28,611 nucleotides of DNA from a bacterium (GCA_010028705.1 RHAI01000018.1:1-28611), one strand, 5' to 3'; positions 1 to 9,370 are shown, counted from the stretch's first letter. Notes: generated by a model not told the origin, from the letters alone. Translations and numbers: made by a program.

Positions 1-140
1 GGCTCCGTCCGGCTGTGCCGGTGGAGGGGGCGACGCTAGCCCCATACAATATGTTTAGCGACAAATGGAGCGAGAGGGGGTGGCTCCGTCCGGCTGTGCC
101 GGTGGAGGGGGCGACGCTAGCCCCATACAATATGTTTAGC
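1..140. repeat. Two identical 59-bp direct repeats (1-59 and 82-140) separated by a unique 22-bp spacer; the array may continue left of the window
   Basis: Hand alignment shows 1-59 equals 82-140 with no mismatch, while 60-81 and 141-162 are unrelated. Each copy holds two GC-rich hairpins: CTCCGTCCGG-CTGTG-CCGGTGGAG (9 bp with one G.T pair and one bulged T) and GGGGC-GACGCTA-GCCCC. An AT-rich tail ATACAATATGTTTAGC follows. Confidence 0.9.
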
Positions 141-258
141 CCGTCGCTTGGGTGGGAATTAACCGGTCGCAGTAAACGACTCCCAAACAATTGTTGATTT
201 TTCGTTGCCCTAATGATCGATCAATGCCTGTTTGGACGGTTGTAAAAGGGGGGGCGCT

Positions 259-1128
259 ATGATGCGTTTGGGGGGGATAGTGTGCGTTGTTTTGGTACTG
301 TTTTGTAGCCAGTCAGTGGCACAGTCCATGTTAACCCAATCGATGGTCAAATGGTCGGCAGTCGGTGTGGCAAGTGTGGCGGATTCAATTGGAGTAGAAG
401 CGATGGGAATCAATCCGGCAGGTATTGCGCAATCAAAGCGAACTGTATTGTCGGGATATTCGTCTCAATATCAAGATGCTTATTCTACTGCTATTTTAGG
501 GACTTCGTTCCAATTAACGCCCCAGTGTTCGATGGCGGCTGTTGCCGCGATCCGAAAAATTGATGGTATTCCAGAGACAATTGATCAGGGAGGCGATGCA
601 ACGTTGTTGGGGTCATTTTCCGATTCGGAGACCGTGGGTAAAGTGGGTATCGCATACGCTGTGTCTCCGCGAGTTGTAGTGGGCATGTCGGCCGGATTAG
701 CTCAGCAGTCGGTATTTAACGAAACCGCGTCACTTTATTCATTGGACGTTGGTGTGACCTACGATGCTGATTTTGCCCGAATTGGTGTGGGCGTACAAAA
801 CGTCACTCACTCCAAAAAGTTATGGTCCACTGGACGAAATGATGATCAGCCCATTCAGTGGAATGTGGGATTATCTACCGGTGTTGCGGCTGTCCGTGTG
901 TTGGGCTCAGTATCGTCTCAGGATAATGGTATGTCACTGAACGTTGGTGCCGTTTACCCTGTTTTAGAAAATTTGACGGTATTAGCGGGTATTCATGATA
1001 TATTCAAAAACTGGTCAACATCAGTTGGACTCGACTTACAACTTGAAGAGATTGGACTCATATACACCTTTGCACAGTCTGAAGTGCTGGGAGATACTCA
1101 TAAATTAGGGGTTGAGATTGGTCTTTAA
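259..1128 (+). CDS. Secreted outer-membrane beta-barrel protein, PorV/PorQ/UPF0164-like (family assignment tentative)
   Basis: ATG at 259 sits behind AAAGGGGGGG (245-254). The N-terminus MMRLGGIVCVVLVLFCSQSVAQS is a signal peptide. It has a VADS..MGINPAGIA motif and an alternating Gly/aromatic beta-strand pattern to the C-terminus. The ORF track's TTG at 232 is less likely as the start. Confidence 0.6.
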   Translation: MMRLGGIVCVVLVLFCSQSVAQSMLTQSMVKWSAVGVASVADSIGVEAMGINPAGIAQSKRTVLSGYSSQYQDAYSTAILGTSFQLTPQCSMAAVAAIRKIDGIPETIDQGGDATLLGSFSDSETVGKVGIAYAVSPRVVVGMSAGLAQQSVFNETASLYSLDVGVTYDADFARIGVGVQNVTHSKKLWSTGRNDDQPIQWNVGLSTGVAAVRVLGSVSSQDNGMSLNVGAVYPVLENLTVLAGIHDIFKNWSTSVGLDLQLEEIGLIYTFAQSEVLGDTHKLGVEIGL

Positions 1129-2761
1129 TTTGACAACTTCGGAAACGCCATACCTACCAATCGTGCGTTGTCGTGTTTTTATTTTAGTTATTTTATGGAA
1201 CCTCGCAATCATGGGATCTATTTTTGGTGTCGAGTCGAAAATGGTCGAATTTATACTGAAACGCCGAGCCAATAGCGCCGACATTACCTCAATGTCCACG
1301 GTACCAGTTGGAAAAATACTGACGTTTCCCAAACCGGGTATTTCAGTCGCTAGTATTGAAAGCGAGTTTGTTTCCGTAGAAATACCCGAGGAGCACGTTG
1401 ACCGATTTATTTCGGACTCCCAAGAAAATCCAAATATATTATCGATTGAGCCCAATTATCCGGTTGAAATATGTGATAGCGTGTCCGTACTAAATGATCC
1501 GTTAATATATGACCAAGCGTATCTGTTTCAGCCGGTAATTCAGCATGCGATGGAAATCGCCGTGACTCGAAATGTTACGGTGGCGATCGTTGATACCGGC
1601 GTCGATATTACTCATCCCGAACTTAAATCGAAGCTATCGACCAATGTGTATGAAAGCGTCGATGGTCGCGATAATGATGGGAATGGGTTCGTGGACGATA
1701 TTTATGGATATAGTTTTTATCGATTTTCTAAAGGGGGCGGTAGTGCCAATGTGTCTGATCTCAATGGCCATGGGACCCATCTGGCCGGAATTATTGCGGC
1801 CAGTTCCAATAACCGTAAATTTGGAACGGGTATTAATCCATCCGCTCGTATTTTGTCGGTTCCATTTTTAGATTCGACCGGTCGTGGCACTCAGTTCGAT
1901 GCCGCTGCGGCCATCAAATATGCTGTGGATCGTGGTGCGGAGGTGATTAATTGCAGTTGGGGCTATTACATCTATTCCGGCGTTCTCCAAGAGGCTATTG
2001 ATTACGCCTATGCCCATGGCGCAATAGTGTTAGGAGCCGCAGGCAACGATGGCGGGACTACGCCGGTATATCCGGCCAGTTTTGATCATGTGATTTCCAT
2101 CGGATCATGCGACTCATTGGGTAACCGATCGTCGTTTTCGAATATCAATGATGCCGTTGATTTTTTAGCTTTTGGCGACGGAATTAACAGTACGCAACCG
2201 GGTAATGGATTTGGCCGGATGTCGGGAACCTCTCAAAGTACGGCGATCGTTTCGGCCCTTGTATCTCGGATGCTAGGTGCGGTGCCGACTGGGTCCATGA
2301 CAATGGATGATATTGTTGCCACGATCAGACCCCAAGCATCCTCTCCGCATGTGTTTGACTGCTCGGCGTGGATCAGCAACTCCCATATTGTCACTCAAGA
2401 TATTCGGATATCCATGATTGATGCGATGGCGAGTAACGATTACAACACAACCTCCGATACGTTTCATACGGTGGCTCTGTCTAATGTCATGAGCTACCCG
2501 AATCCAGCGCGAACTACGTCGCTAACGTTTCGGTTTGATTCCACCGCAATTGGCGACGCGTTAATACGTATTTTTGACCTAAACGGTCGTCAAGTAAAGT
2601 CCTTATCGCAGGGTGTAGTTGGTGGCAAGAATACCGTGAATTGGAATTTGATCGGCGATAATGGACAGTTAGTTGGTAACGGCACCTATTTATATATCAT
2701 TCAATTGACTAGTAATGGCACCTCCACCCGGTTTCGGGGTAAATTGACGGTACTTCTGTAG
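1112..2761 (+). CDS. Subtilisin-like serine protease (peptidase S8) with C-terminal T9SS/Por-type (FlgD-Ig-like) sorting domain
   Basis: Catalytic triad motifs are [22 protein letters not shown] and [13 protein letters not shown], with oxyanion AAGNDG. The C-terminal ~80 aa run SYPNPA...[11 protein letters not shown]...GTYLYIIQL...RGKLTVLL. The start is uncertain: TTG at 1112 per the track, or in-frame GTG at 1163, which gives a clean signal peptide [22 protein letters not shown]. Confidence 0.85.
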   Translation: MRLVFNLTTSETPYLPIVRCRVFILVILWNLAIMGSIFGVESKMVEFILKRRANSADITSMSTVPVGKILTFPKPGISVASIESEFVSVEIPEEHVDRFISDSQENPNILSIEPNYPVEICDSVSVLNDPLIYDQAYLFQPVIQHAMEIAVTRNVTVAIVDTGVDITHPELKSKLSTNVYESVDGRDNDGNGFVDDIYGYSFYRFSKGGGSANVSDLNGHGTHLAGIIAASSNNRKFGTGINPSARILSVPFLDSTGRGTQFDAAAAIKYAVDRGAEVINCSWGYYIYSGVLQEAIDYAYAHGAIVLGAAGNDGGTTPVYPASFDHVISIGSCDSLGNRSSFSNINDAVDFLAFGDGINSTQPGNGFGRMSGTSQSTAIVSALVSRMLGAVPTGSMTMDDIVATIRPQASSPHVFDCSAWISNSHIVTQDIRISMIDAMASNDYNTTSDTFHTVALSNVMSYPNPARTTSLTFRFDSTAIGDALIRIFDLNGRQVKSLSQGVVGGKNTVNWNLIGDNGQLVGNGTYLYIIQLTSNGTSTRFRGKLTVLL

Positions 2762-2778
2762 TCATTTACAGTGAAGTA

Positions 2779-3576
2779 ATGCTTCGACGTCGAATAATCC
2801 CTTGTTTAGATATTGCTTCTGGTCGAGTTGTTAAAGGGACAAACTTTGTTAACCTGCGTGACGCCGGGGATCCAGTTGAATTAGCTCAAATTTACAATGA
2901 TCAGGGAGCTGACGAATTGGTGTTTTTGGATATTACGGCGACCCATGAAAAACGAGATATTTTAGTCGATTTAGTGACACGGGTTGCGAAAGCTATTTTT
3001 ATTCCGTTTACGGTGGGCGGAGGCATCGGCGATTTGGAGACAATCAAACGCTTACTGGCAGCGGGGGCGGATAAAGTGTCAATTAATTCAGCGGCCGTTC
3101 GGCATCCAAAATTAGTCTGCGATGCCAGCCTAAAATATGGGGCTCAATGTATAGTGGGAGCTATTGATGCGAAGCGTATTGAGTCACGTGTCGGGTCGGA
3201 CACTGTCGCGTCAGAGATTCGAATTGATGCGACATCGACCTTCGAAATTTTTACCCATGGAGGCCGAACCCCCACTGGGATTGATGCGGTAAAATGGGCG
3301 AAAGAATTGGAGCGGTTGGGCGCCGGGGAATTATTGGTAACATCCATGGATTGTGACGGCACAAAGTCCGGTTACGATATTGAATTGACCGGTGCCATTT
3401 CATCGGCTGTGGGCATTCCCGTAATCGCTTCGGGGGGGGCGGGTACCCTTCAACACATCGCTGATGTGTTAAAAGTTTGTGACGCGGCCTTACTCGCCTC
3501 GATGCTCCATTTTAGGGAGACAACTGTCCCTGAAATAAAGGCAACATGTGCGCGACACAATTTGATTATGAGGTAG
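2779..3576 (+). CDS. hisF: Imidazole glycerol phosphate synthase cyclase subunit HisF
   Basis: [31 protein letters not shown]...[18 protein letters not shown] and [20 protein letters not shown] align along the full length to HisF. It carries a ~17-aa insertion ([20 protein letters not shown]) after AIDAKR. No other his genes are adjacent. Confidence 0.92.
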   Translation: MLRRRIIPCLDIASGRVVKGTNFVNLRDAGDPVELAQIYNDQGADELVFLDITATHEKRDILVDLVTRVAKAIFIPFTVGGGIGDLETIKRLLAAGADKVSINSAAVRHPKLVCDASLKYGAQCIVGAIDAKRIESRVGSDTVASEIRIDATSTFEIFTHGGRTPTGIDAVKWAKELERLGAGELLVTSMDCDGTKSGYDIELTGAISSAVGIPVIASGGAGTLQHIADVLKVCDAALLASMLHFRETTVPEIKATCARHNLIMR

Positions 3577-3788
3577 TCAATTGGTGTAGACCTAACATTA
3601 CGTTCCAGACCTGTGGCTAGAGAGAGAGGGCCCTGGTACGGGCACCCCAATTTTAAGAAATATAATTTGGTGTTGCTGACGACCCCAATTGCAGTGCTTA
3701 ATTTATAAAAAACCCCGGTCGTCTATATCCAAATCATCCAGGACCCATGTCACCAGGGTTTATTTGGGACCAGATAGTTTCCGAAGAT

Positions 3789-4442
3789 TTATTGTTTGTT
3801 TGGACTCGGAATGACGGTAGAGAAAGCAAAATTTGATCCGACAACAATCCGTCCTGGTTCAAGGGATATTTTTTTGACAAACGTTTTGATTTGGATTGGT
3901 TTAACCGTTTTATCCGGTAAATCGACGTCAAAATGATTTTGAAGGGGTTGCGGCCCTGGAAATTGGAATTGAGGCTTATAAAAGGTTGAAATGTCGACAT
4001 CAGTCACATGAATTTTATTTCCAAAAAGGTCGAGAGCCACTTCGAAACTCGCTTTTCTAATTTTTACCGAAATAATATTTTTCTGATTGTCATAAATAAC
4101 ATCTACATCACCTTTGGCAGTTGTGCCGTAATTCAACAGCCCCGAATGAATTTCGGCGTCAGCGGTAAATGACGATGCGTTTTTCACGATTCGGATGGTC
4201 GGATTTTTTACGGTCCACACATAATTAGACCGGCCATTATTGAATGACCCGCCACCAGATATCGGTCCAATGGCTTGTAGAAATTTATTAAGTGTCGATT
4301 CGTTGATTACAACTAGTGCGTCGTAGGTGGGTACTTGTTCGGCGGCAATACAGGGTGTCAATCCGATAGCCCATCCCAACATGCTACTCACTCCAGCAAC
4401 GAGACACCATTTAACACTACGACTACGATATTTACGTAACAT
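3789..4442 (-). CDS. Secreted hypothetical protein (no domain recognised)
   Basis: Signal peptide MLRKYRSRSVKWCLVAGVSSMLGWAIGLTPCIAAEQ followed by a beta-rich body. It lies 5 bp downstream of the oxidoreductase gene on the same strand. Confidence 0.6.
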   Translation of the reverse strand: MLRKYRSRSVKWCLVAGVSSMLGWAIGLTPCIAAEQVPTYDALVVINESTLNKFLQAIGPISGGGSFNNGRSNYVWTVKNPTIRIVKNASSFTADAEIHSGLLNYGTTAKGDVDVIYDNQKNIISVKIRKASFEVALDLFGNKIHVTDVDISTFYKPQFQFPGPQPLQNHFDVDLPDKTVKPIQIKTFVKKISLEPGRIVVGSNFAFSTVIPSPNKQ

Positions 4443-4447
4443 CGGAA

Positions 4448-5821
4448 TTATTTGCCTAAGCTAAGTTTCGCTCGGCGGGCCGCGTTTCGTACCAATTCCG
4501 GTAGCGCCGGATGAATATAGATGGTACTCAACATGTCGTCGAGTGTGGCATTCATCTGTCGAAACGCAATAGGCATATGCATCATCGTTGCGGCTTGCGG
4601 GCCGATCGCGACGGCACTCACCAATTTTCGAGATGTTCGTTCAAAAATAAGCTTAATAAACCCGTAATCGGAGCGATATGCCATCCCCATTCCTGAGTCA
4701 ATATAGGGACATTTACCGACGACAAAATCGATTCCTTTGGTACGCAGTTCAGATTCGGATGGCCCGAAACCCGCAATTTGAGGGTAGGTGAAAATGGCGG
4801 ATGGAATCTCAGGGTAGGAAATGGGTATGTCTCGAGGCATCTCGTAGAGAGTATTGAACAGGTAGTCTCCCTCAAAGTTCGCTTTGTGTCGATAAAATGG
4901 AGCTCCGATTATATCGCCAAACGCCCAAATATTTGGAACAGACGTTGCCATGCGATCGTTTACCGTAATAAAGCCATCGTCGTCCACAGCGATACCTGCA
5001 GCCTCTACATTCAAAATATCGGTGTTCGGGATCATACCCGCCGCCACGAGCAGTTGATCAGTTTTGACAGTTCGCGGTGTGCCGTTGTGAATAATTTCAG
5101 TGTAAAACTGGTTGTCGTTGTAAGATACCGATTGAAAATCGCATTCCTCAATTAACTGGATTGTCTCTCTGAATCGAGGTAAAAATTCGTCACGAACATC
5201 CCCGTCGTAGTCCTTGAGTATGGCCGAACGTGAGAGAATAACCGTTCGAACTCCTGCACTGGCATAAAAATGCCCCAATTCCAGCGCAATAAATCCACCG
5301 CCGATGATTGTAATAGATCTCGGACGCTTCGTGCTTCGCAAGGCTTCTTTATGAGTTAGATACGGGGTCTCCGCTAATCCCGGTATCGTAGGGATACGAG
5401 CTCGTACACCGGCGGCGATAAATAGTCGTTTGCCAGTAATTTGGGTGCCATTGACTTCAATTGTAGTGGCGTTGATAAATCGGCCTGTGCCCGGAAAATA
5501 CGTGACATTGGGTGCATTCGTGTACCCAGTCGTAATGGCATTCGAATCATGGTCGACCGTCTCTGTCGTCCTCCGAACTAGAGCGGCCCAATCGATATCT
5601 GGCGGTGACCCTAATACGTTTGTTTTTCGTGCCTCTTCGACATCGCGGATAACATCGGCGGGGTGAATGAGCATTTTTGAAGGGATGCATCCGTGATTCA
5701 AACATGTTCCACCGGCGTTTCCATGTTCGACAACCGCTACATTTTGCCCTAAATTTGCAATAGGACGAATGAGTTTTGCTCCAGCACCGGTGCCAATTAC
5801 GATTACGTCAAATTCTGTCAT
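4448..5821 (-). CDS. Class I pyridine nucleotide-disulfide oxidoreductase (dihydrolipoyl dehydrogenase / mycothione-glutathione reductase family)
   Basis: FAD site DVIVIGTGAGA, redox-active GGTCLNHGCIPSK, second Rossmann fold ITIIGGGFIALELG, and C-terminal interface motif HPALPE. GGAGG lies upstream of the ATG. Confidence 0.85.
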   Translation of the reverse strand: MTEFDVIVIGTGAGAKLIRPIANLGQNVAVVEHGNAGGTCLNHGCIPSKMLIHPADVIRDVEEARKTNVLGSPPDIDWAALVRRTTETVDHDSNAITTGYTNAPNVTYFPGTGRFINATTIEVNGTQITGKRLFIAAGVRARIPTIPGLAETPYLTHKEALRSTKRPRSITIIGGGFIALELGHFYASAGVRTVILSRSAILKDYDGDVRDEFLPRFRETIQLIEECDFQSVSYNDNQFYTEIIHNGTPRTVKTDQLLVAAGMIPNTDILNVEAAGIAVDDDGFITVNDRMATSVPNIWAFGDIIGAPFYRHKANFEGDYLFNTLYEMPRDIPISYPEIPSAIFTYPQIAGFGPSESELRTKGIDFVVGKCPYIDSGMGMAYRSDYGFIKLIFERTSRKLVSAVAIGPQAATMMHMPIAFRQMNATLDDMLSTIYIHPALPELVRNAARRAKLSLGK

Positions 5822-5919
5822 GAATTAGGGTTCCTCCAAAGTTCCGAAAGATCGTGTACAGACTGTCATAAAAAGTGATTTTAGCCAATTAACTAAATAT
5901 TAAGGAAAAATAACTACCT

Positions 5920-8295
5920 ATGGACTACAAACCGTTGGAATTTGAAGAAAAATGGTTGAATTATTGGGATGAAAGTGGTCTGAATCGTACTCTAAATTCA
6001 TCCGATCGACCCAATTATTACGTTTTGGAAATGTTTCCGTATCCGAGTGGTAGACTGCATATCGGGCACGTTCGAAACTACTCAATCGGCGATTGTATCG
6101 CTCGATTTATGAAAATGTCGGGATACAATGTTCTTCATCCGTCCGGTTTTGATGCATTTGGTCTACCGGCTGAAAATGCGGCCATAAAGCATCATATCAA
6201 TCCGGCTGAATGGACCTTGGAGAATGTCAATTTTATGATTGGCCAGCAGAAACGCCTCGGATTGGCCTATGACTGGAACCGCCTCGTAGTGACTTGCAAC
6301 GACGATTATTATCGCTGGAATCAATGGATTTTTTTGAAAATGTTTGATCGGGGGTTGGTGTACCGAAAAAAAGGATGGGTGAACTGGGATCCAGTTGACC
6401 ACACAGTTCTGGCAAATGAACAGGTCATTGATGGGCGAGGTTGGCGCTCCGGAGCCCTGGTCGAGAAGCGGGAAATTGAGCAGTGGTATTTGAAAATTAC
6501 GGATTATGCCGACGAGTTATTGTCGGGTTTGGATGAGCTCGATGGATGGCCAGAACGCGTCAAGACGATGCAGCGAAATTGGATCGGCAAATCGCTTGGT
6601 ACAGAAGTTGTATTTAAGTCAACCTTACCAGGGATTGAGGTTAATGTGTTTACAACGCGGCCAGATACCCTGTTTGGGGTAACCTATGTCGTGTTGGCAC
6701 CGGAGCATCCGCTCGTCTCGGAACTAGGGACGGATCCCGATGTCGTCCAGTATGTTCAGAAATCATTGGCAAAAAGTGCGATCGATCGAGCGGATATGAC
6801 CCAAATCAAAACGGGAGTGCCACTCGGAATATCTGTGATTAATCCGGTAAATAATGATGTTGTTCCGGTTTACGTTAGCGACTACGTTCTGATGGATTAT
6901 GGGACGGGAGCGGTTATGGCTGTGCCAGCTCATGACGACCGTGATTTTGAATTTGCTCAACGGTTCGGACTCCCGGTTCGGGTGGTGATTCAATCCCCAG
7001 ACGTGTGGGACGGAACCTCGGCGTATACAGGGACTGGTAAATTAATTGAATCGGGTAAATTTTCAGGATTGGAATCCGAAACAGCTAAAGAGCGAATTTC
7101 CCAATGGCTCGAGGAAAATAATGTCGGTAAATCGGTCGCAAAGTATCGGTTAAGAGATTGGCTCATATCCCGACAGCGATATTGGGGAACCCCCATCCCA
7201 ATGGCATATCGTTCCGATGGGACCCCTATCCCGGTGCCAATCGAACAACTCCCCGTCCGGCTGCCTCTCGATGTCCAGTTCGAAGGGAAAGGCAATCCTC
7301 TTGAACAGAGCCTGTCGTTCCGCCACGTCGAGATAAATGGCGAATTACTGAGTCGTGAAACGGATACGATGGACACATTTTTTGATTCCTCGTGGTATTT
7401 TCTTCGATACACCGATCCGTCAAACACGGATTCTCCGTTTGATAAACGCATGGCCGATTCGTGGTTGCCGATTGGGCAGTACATTGGTGGCATTGAACAT
7501 GCGGTGCTTCATCTCCTCTACGCACGGTTCTTTTCGAAAGTTCTCCGTGATTTAGGGTTGCATTCAGTGGGGGAGCCATTTAAAAATTTACTGTGCCAGG
7601 GAATGGTCATCAAAGATGGCGCCAAAATGTCGAAATCATTAGGGAACGTGGTAGATCCTTCAGATATCATTTCTAAATACGGCGCTGATACGGCGAGAGT
7701 ATTTATTTTGTTTGGAGCTCCGGTTGAGCGAGACCTGGATTGGTCGGATGCCGGTGTCGATGGCGCATTTCGATTTTTAAGTCGGGTCTTTCGTGTGGTA
7801 TCCGATGTTCAGGCGCATCACCCATCCAGTAGTCCAGAACTCGAGAAATTACTGCATAAAACGATAAAATCAGTAACGGAGGATATCCAGCGCTTCAGTT
7901 TTAATACAGCGATCAGTCGACTGATGGAATTGACTAATTTTACAGTCCAACATGGCATATCGTCGGATTCAGCTCGAATACTCACGGTATTGATTGCGCC
8001 ATTTGCACCATTTATGGCGGAAGAGTTATGGCAGCAACTGGGAGATAAAGGTAGTGTTCACACTCAGTCGTGGCCATCCTTCGATGTGTCAAAAACTATC
8101 GATGAGTCGGTGACTTTAGTCGTTCAAGTTAATGGAAAAGTCAGGGATAAAATCGAAGTGCCGCGAGGGATGAGCCAAGCGGATGCCGAAAAATTAGTGG
8201 CAGAATCCGATAGAATTCAGAAATTCGTGGACGGGCAATCCATCGTAAAAATAATTTTTGTTAAAGATAAAATATTAAATCTTGTCGTCAAATAG
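5920..8295 (+). CDS. leuS: Leucine--tRNA ligase
   Basis: HIGH motif (RLHIGHVRNY), KMSKS (GAKMSKSLGN), CP1 editing signatures TTRPDTLFG and GTGAVMAVPAHDDRDFEFA. It looks like a full-length bacterial LeuS. Confidence 0.97.
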   Translation: MDYKPLEFEEKWLNYWDESGLNRTLNSSDRPNYYVLEMFPYPSGRLHIGHVRNYSIGDCIARFMKMSGYNVLHPSGFDAFGLPAENAAIKHHINPAEWTLENVNFMIGQQKRLGLAYDWNRLVVTCNDDYYRWNQWIFLKMFDRGLVYRKKGWVNWDPVDHTVLANEQVIDGRGWRSGALVEKREIEQWYLKITDYADELLSGLDELDGWPERVKTMQRNWIGKSLGTEVVFKSTLPGIEVNVFTTRPDTLFGVTYVVLAPEHPLVSELGTDPDVVQYVQKSLAKSAIDRADMTQIKTGVPLGISVINPVNNDVVPVYVSDYVLMDYGTGAVMAVPAHDDRDFEFAQRFGLPVRVVIQSPDVWDGTSAYTGTGKLIESGKFSGLESETAKERISQWLEENNVGKSVAKYRLRDWLISRQRYWGTPIPMAYRSDGTPIPVPIEQLPVRLPLDVQFEGKGNPLEQSLSFRHVEINGELLSRETDTMDTFFDSSWYFLRYTDPSNTDSPFDKRMADSWLPIGQYIGGIEHAVLHLLYARFFSKVLRDLGLHSVGEPFKNLLCQGMVIKDGAKMSKSLGNVVDPSDIISKYGADTARVFILFGAPVERDLDWSDAGVDGAFRFLSRVFRVVSDVQAHHPSSSPELEKLLHKTIKSVTEDIQRFSFNTAISRLMELTNFTVQHGISSDSARILTVLIAPFAPFMAEELWQQLGDKGSVHTQSWPSFDVSKTIDESVTLVVQVNGKVRDKIEVPRGMSQADAEKLVAESDRIQKFVDGQSIVKIIFVKDKILNLVVK

Positions 8296-8304
8296 CCAAC
8301 GGAC

Positions 8305-8337
8305 CTAACTGGCTTCCGTAAGTAGGAAGCCAGTTAG
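8305..8337. terminator. Perfect 13-bp stem / 7-nt loop hairpin between convergent leuS and ORF 8352..8987 (bidirectional terminator candidate, no U-tract)
   Basis: CTAACTGGCTTCC-GTAAGTA-GGAAGCCAGTTAG. It starts 10 bp after the leuS stop and ends 15 bp before the stop of the minus-strand gene. Confidence 0.6.
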
Positions 8338-8351
8338 ATTGATCGGTTAGA

Positions 8352-8987
8352 TCAACCCTGAAAGAAGTACGAGTGTACCGTAGACACTCCCTTCCAGTTT
8401 GCCGCGGGATGACCATTCTTGAGAATTAATAGCTCGTGATTAATCAACGCGATGCCGGTCCCAGATTCTGGAAATACATTAGGTTCCCAAACTCCAAATC
8501 TATCTGTATAACTCACCGCTAACGAGTCATTTTGATCCAATGCCGATAGATCTCCGGATAAAATACCCCTAACTTTAAATAATTCGAGGGCGAAATTTTG
8601 TATTCCCAGAAACGGCGAAAATTGGTCACGTGCCGCACGACGTTTGGAAGCATCGTCGAAATGACCGAGAGCCGTCGTTATTTTATCCCATGCATCGACG
8701 AGTTCCGAATCGCTGAAAGAAATATCTGTTTTAGACACTAAGGTCGTTTTTTCTTGATACTCTGTTACGAGGGATCTGATTCGTTGGCTTTCTGAAACGA
8801 TGCGACTGCCTGACTGAACCGGGGGTAAAACAACGGGCGGTGGATTTATCGGTGCGGAGAGTCGGGGGGATCGGGTGCCGCTTTCTGCAGAGCGATGGGG
8901 GGTTCCGTCATTGGCGGAAGTCCTTGAGGGAGAGGCTTGCCTAACGGGCGACGATTGAATGGGTAGCGAAGAAATTCCAGTAGTCAT
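8352..8987 (-). CDS. Hypothetical protein with Pro/Ser/Arg-rich, probably disordered N-terminal ~65 aa; no recognisable domain or signal peptide
   Basis: 211-codon ORF with AAGGA 9 nt upstream of the ATG and an in-frame stop 15 nt upstream of the ATG. The terminator hairpin lies downstream. Confidence 0.55.
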   Translation of the reverse strand: MTTGISSLPIQSSPVRQASPSRTSANDGTPHRSAESGTRSPRLSAPINPPPVVLPPVQSGSRIVSESQRIRSLVTEYQEKTTLVSKTDISFSDSELVDAWDKITTALGHFDDASKRRAARDQFSPFLGIQNFALELFKVRGILSGDLSALDQNDSLAVSYTDRFGVWEPNVFPESGTGIALINHELLILKNGHPAANWKGVSTVHSYFFQG

Positions 8988-9120
8988 AGTAATTGTTCCT
9001 TAAATTATAGTAATGAGGGGTTTGGGATAATGAACGGTGTGATCGACAACAGGGGCCGATACACATTCGGTTAGAGCGATTTGGGGTGACGTTAGTAATC
9101 ATTTTTTTCTCCTTTTAATT

Positions 9121-9136
9121 TAGACTAGTTAGTCTA
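9121..9136. promoter_or_regulatory. Perfect 7-2-7 inverted repeat TAGACTA-GT-TAGTCTA (operator-like) in an AT-rich divergent intergenic region
   Basis: Seen directly in the sequence. It lies 134 bp upstream of the ATG at 8987 and about 235 bp upstream of the symporter ATG at 9371. Confidence 0.4.
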
Positions 9137-9370
9137 TAGGTATTATCGTATTTTTAAGAAAAAAAATTTCATTTATTTTTTTCAAAGCCTCATAGTGTTG
9201 GATCAAATCGGTTTATTTGAACTTGAATCAATTTAAATATTACGTTTTATGACTATACAAAAATCACTTTTAAAAAAATTGAACCTATAATATCCTAGAT
9301 TTTCCATATCAATATATATAATCGATAGATTAAATAGTTTAATAATTCAACGACCTGGGAGTCAAACCGT

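Noticed and set aside
1-140. CRISPR array reading of the left-edge repeats
   Set aside because: The identity spans 59 bp with only a 22-bp spacer, which is outside normal CRISPR geometry. Shifting the repeat boundaries (for example starting at GTTTAGC) gives non-matching units. No cas genes are in the window. This cannot be fully excluded because the array is truncated.
1-140. Integron attC site (ends in GTTTAGC, similar to GTTRRRY) or twister-ribozyme-like string (GGTGGAGGGGGCG next to a CCGG/CCGG stem)
   Set aside because: The R-box deviates from consensus and no matching RYYYAAC partner exists, and a 22-bp spacing cannot hold a cassette. The conserved AAGC-containing twister loop and the cleavage-site context are absent.
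15-197. 60-aa ORF spanning the repeats
   Set aside because: It merely translates the duplicated DNA (PVEGATLAPYNMFS appears twice). It has no RBS and no protein-like features.
3577-3788. Short direct repeats in the hisF-downstream spacer (ACCCCAATT twice, 42 nt apart; AGACCT twice, 20 nt apart) and a 7-bp GACGACC/GGTCGTC stem with a 32-nt loop
   Set aside because: These are too short and too weakly structured to distinguish from chance. No U-tract terminator or SD-led ORF is associated with them.
6990-7493. Long antisense ORFs inside leuS (6990..7493, 7226..7579), macB (14678..15247) and other genes, plus the 101-codon antisense 5' extension of ORF 12767..13750 over pyrB
   Set aside because: These are shadow ORFs opposite strongly supported genes. 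They have low-complexity, Arg/Ser/Cys-rich translations and no RBS.
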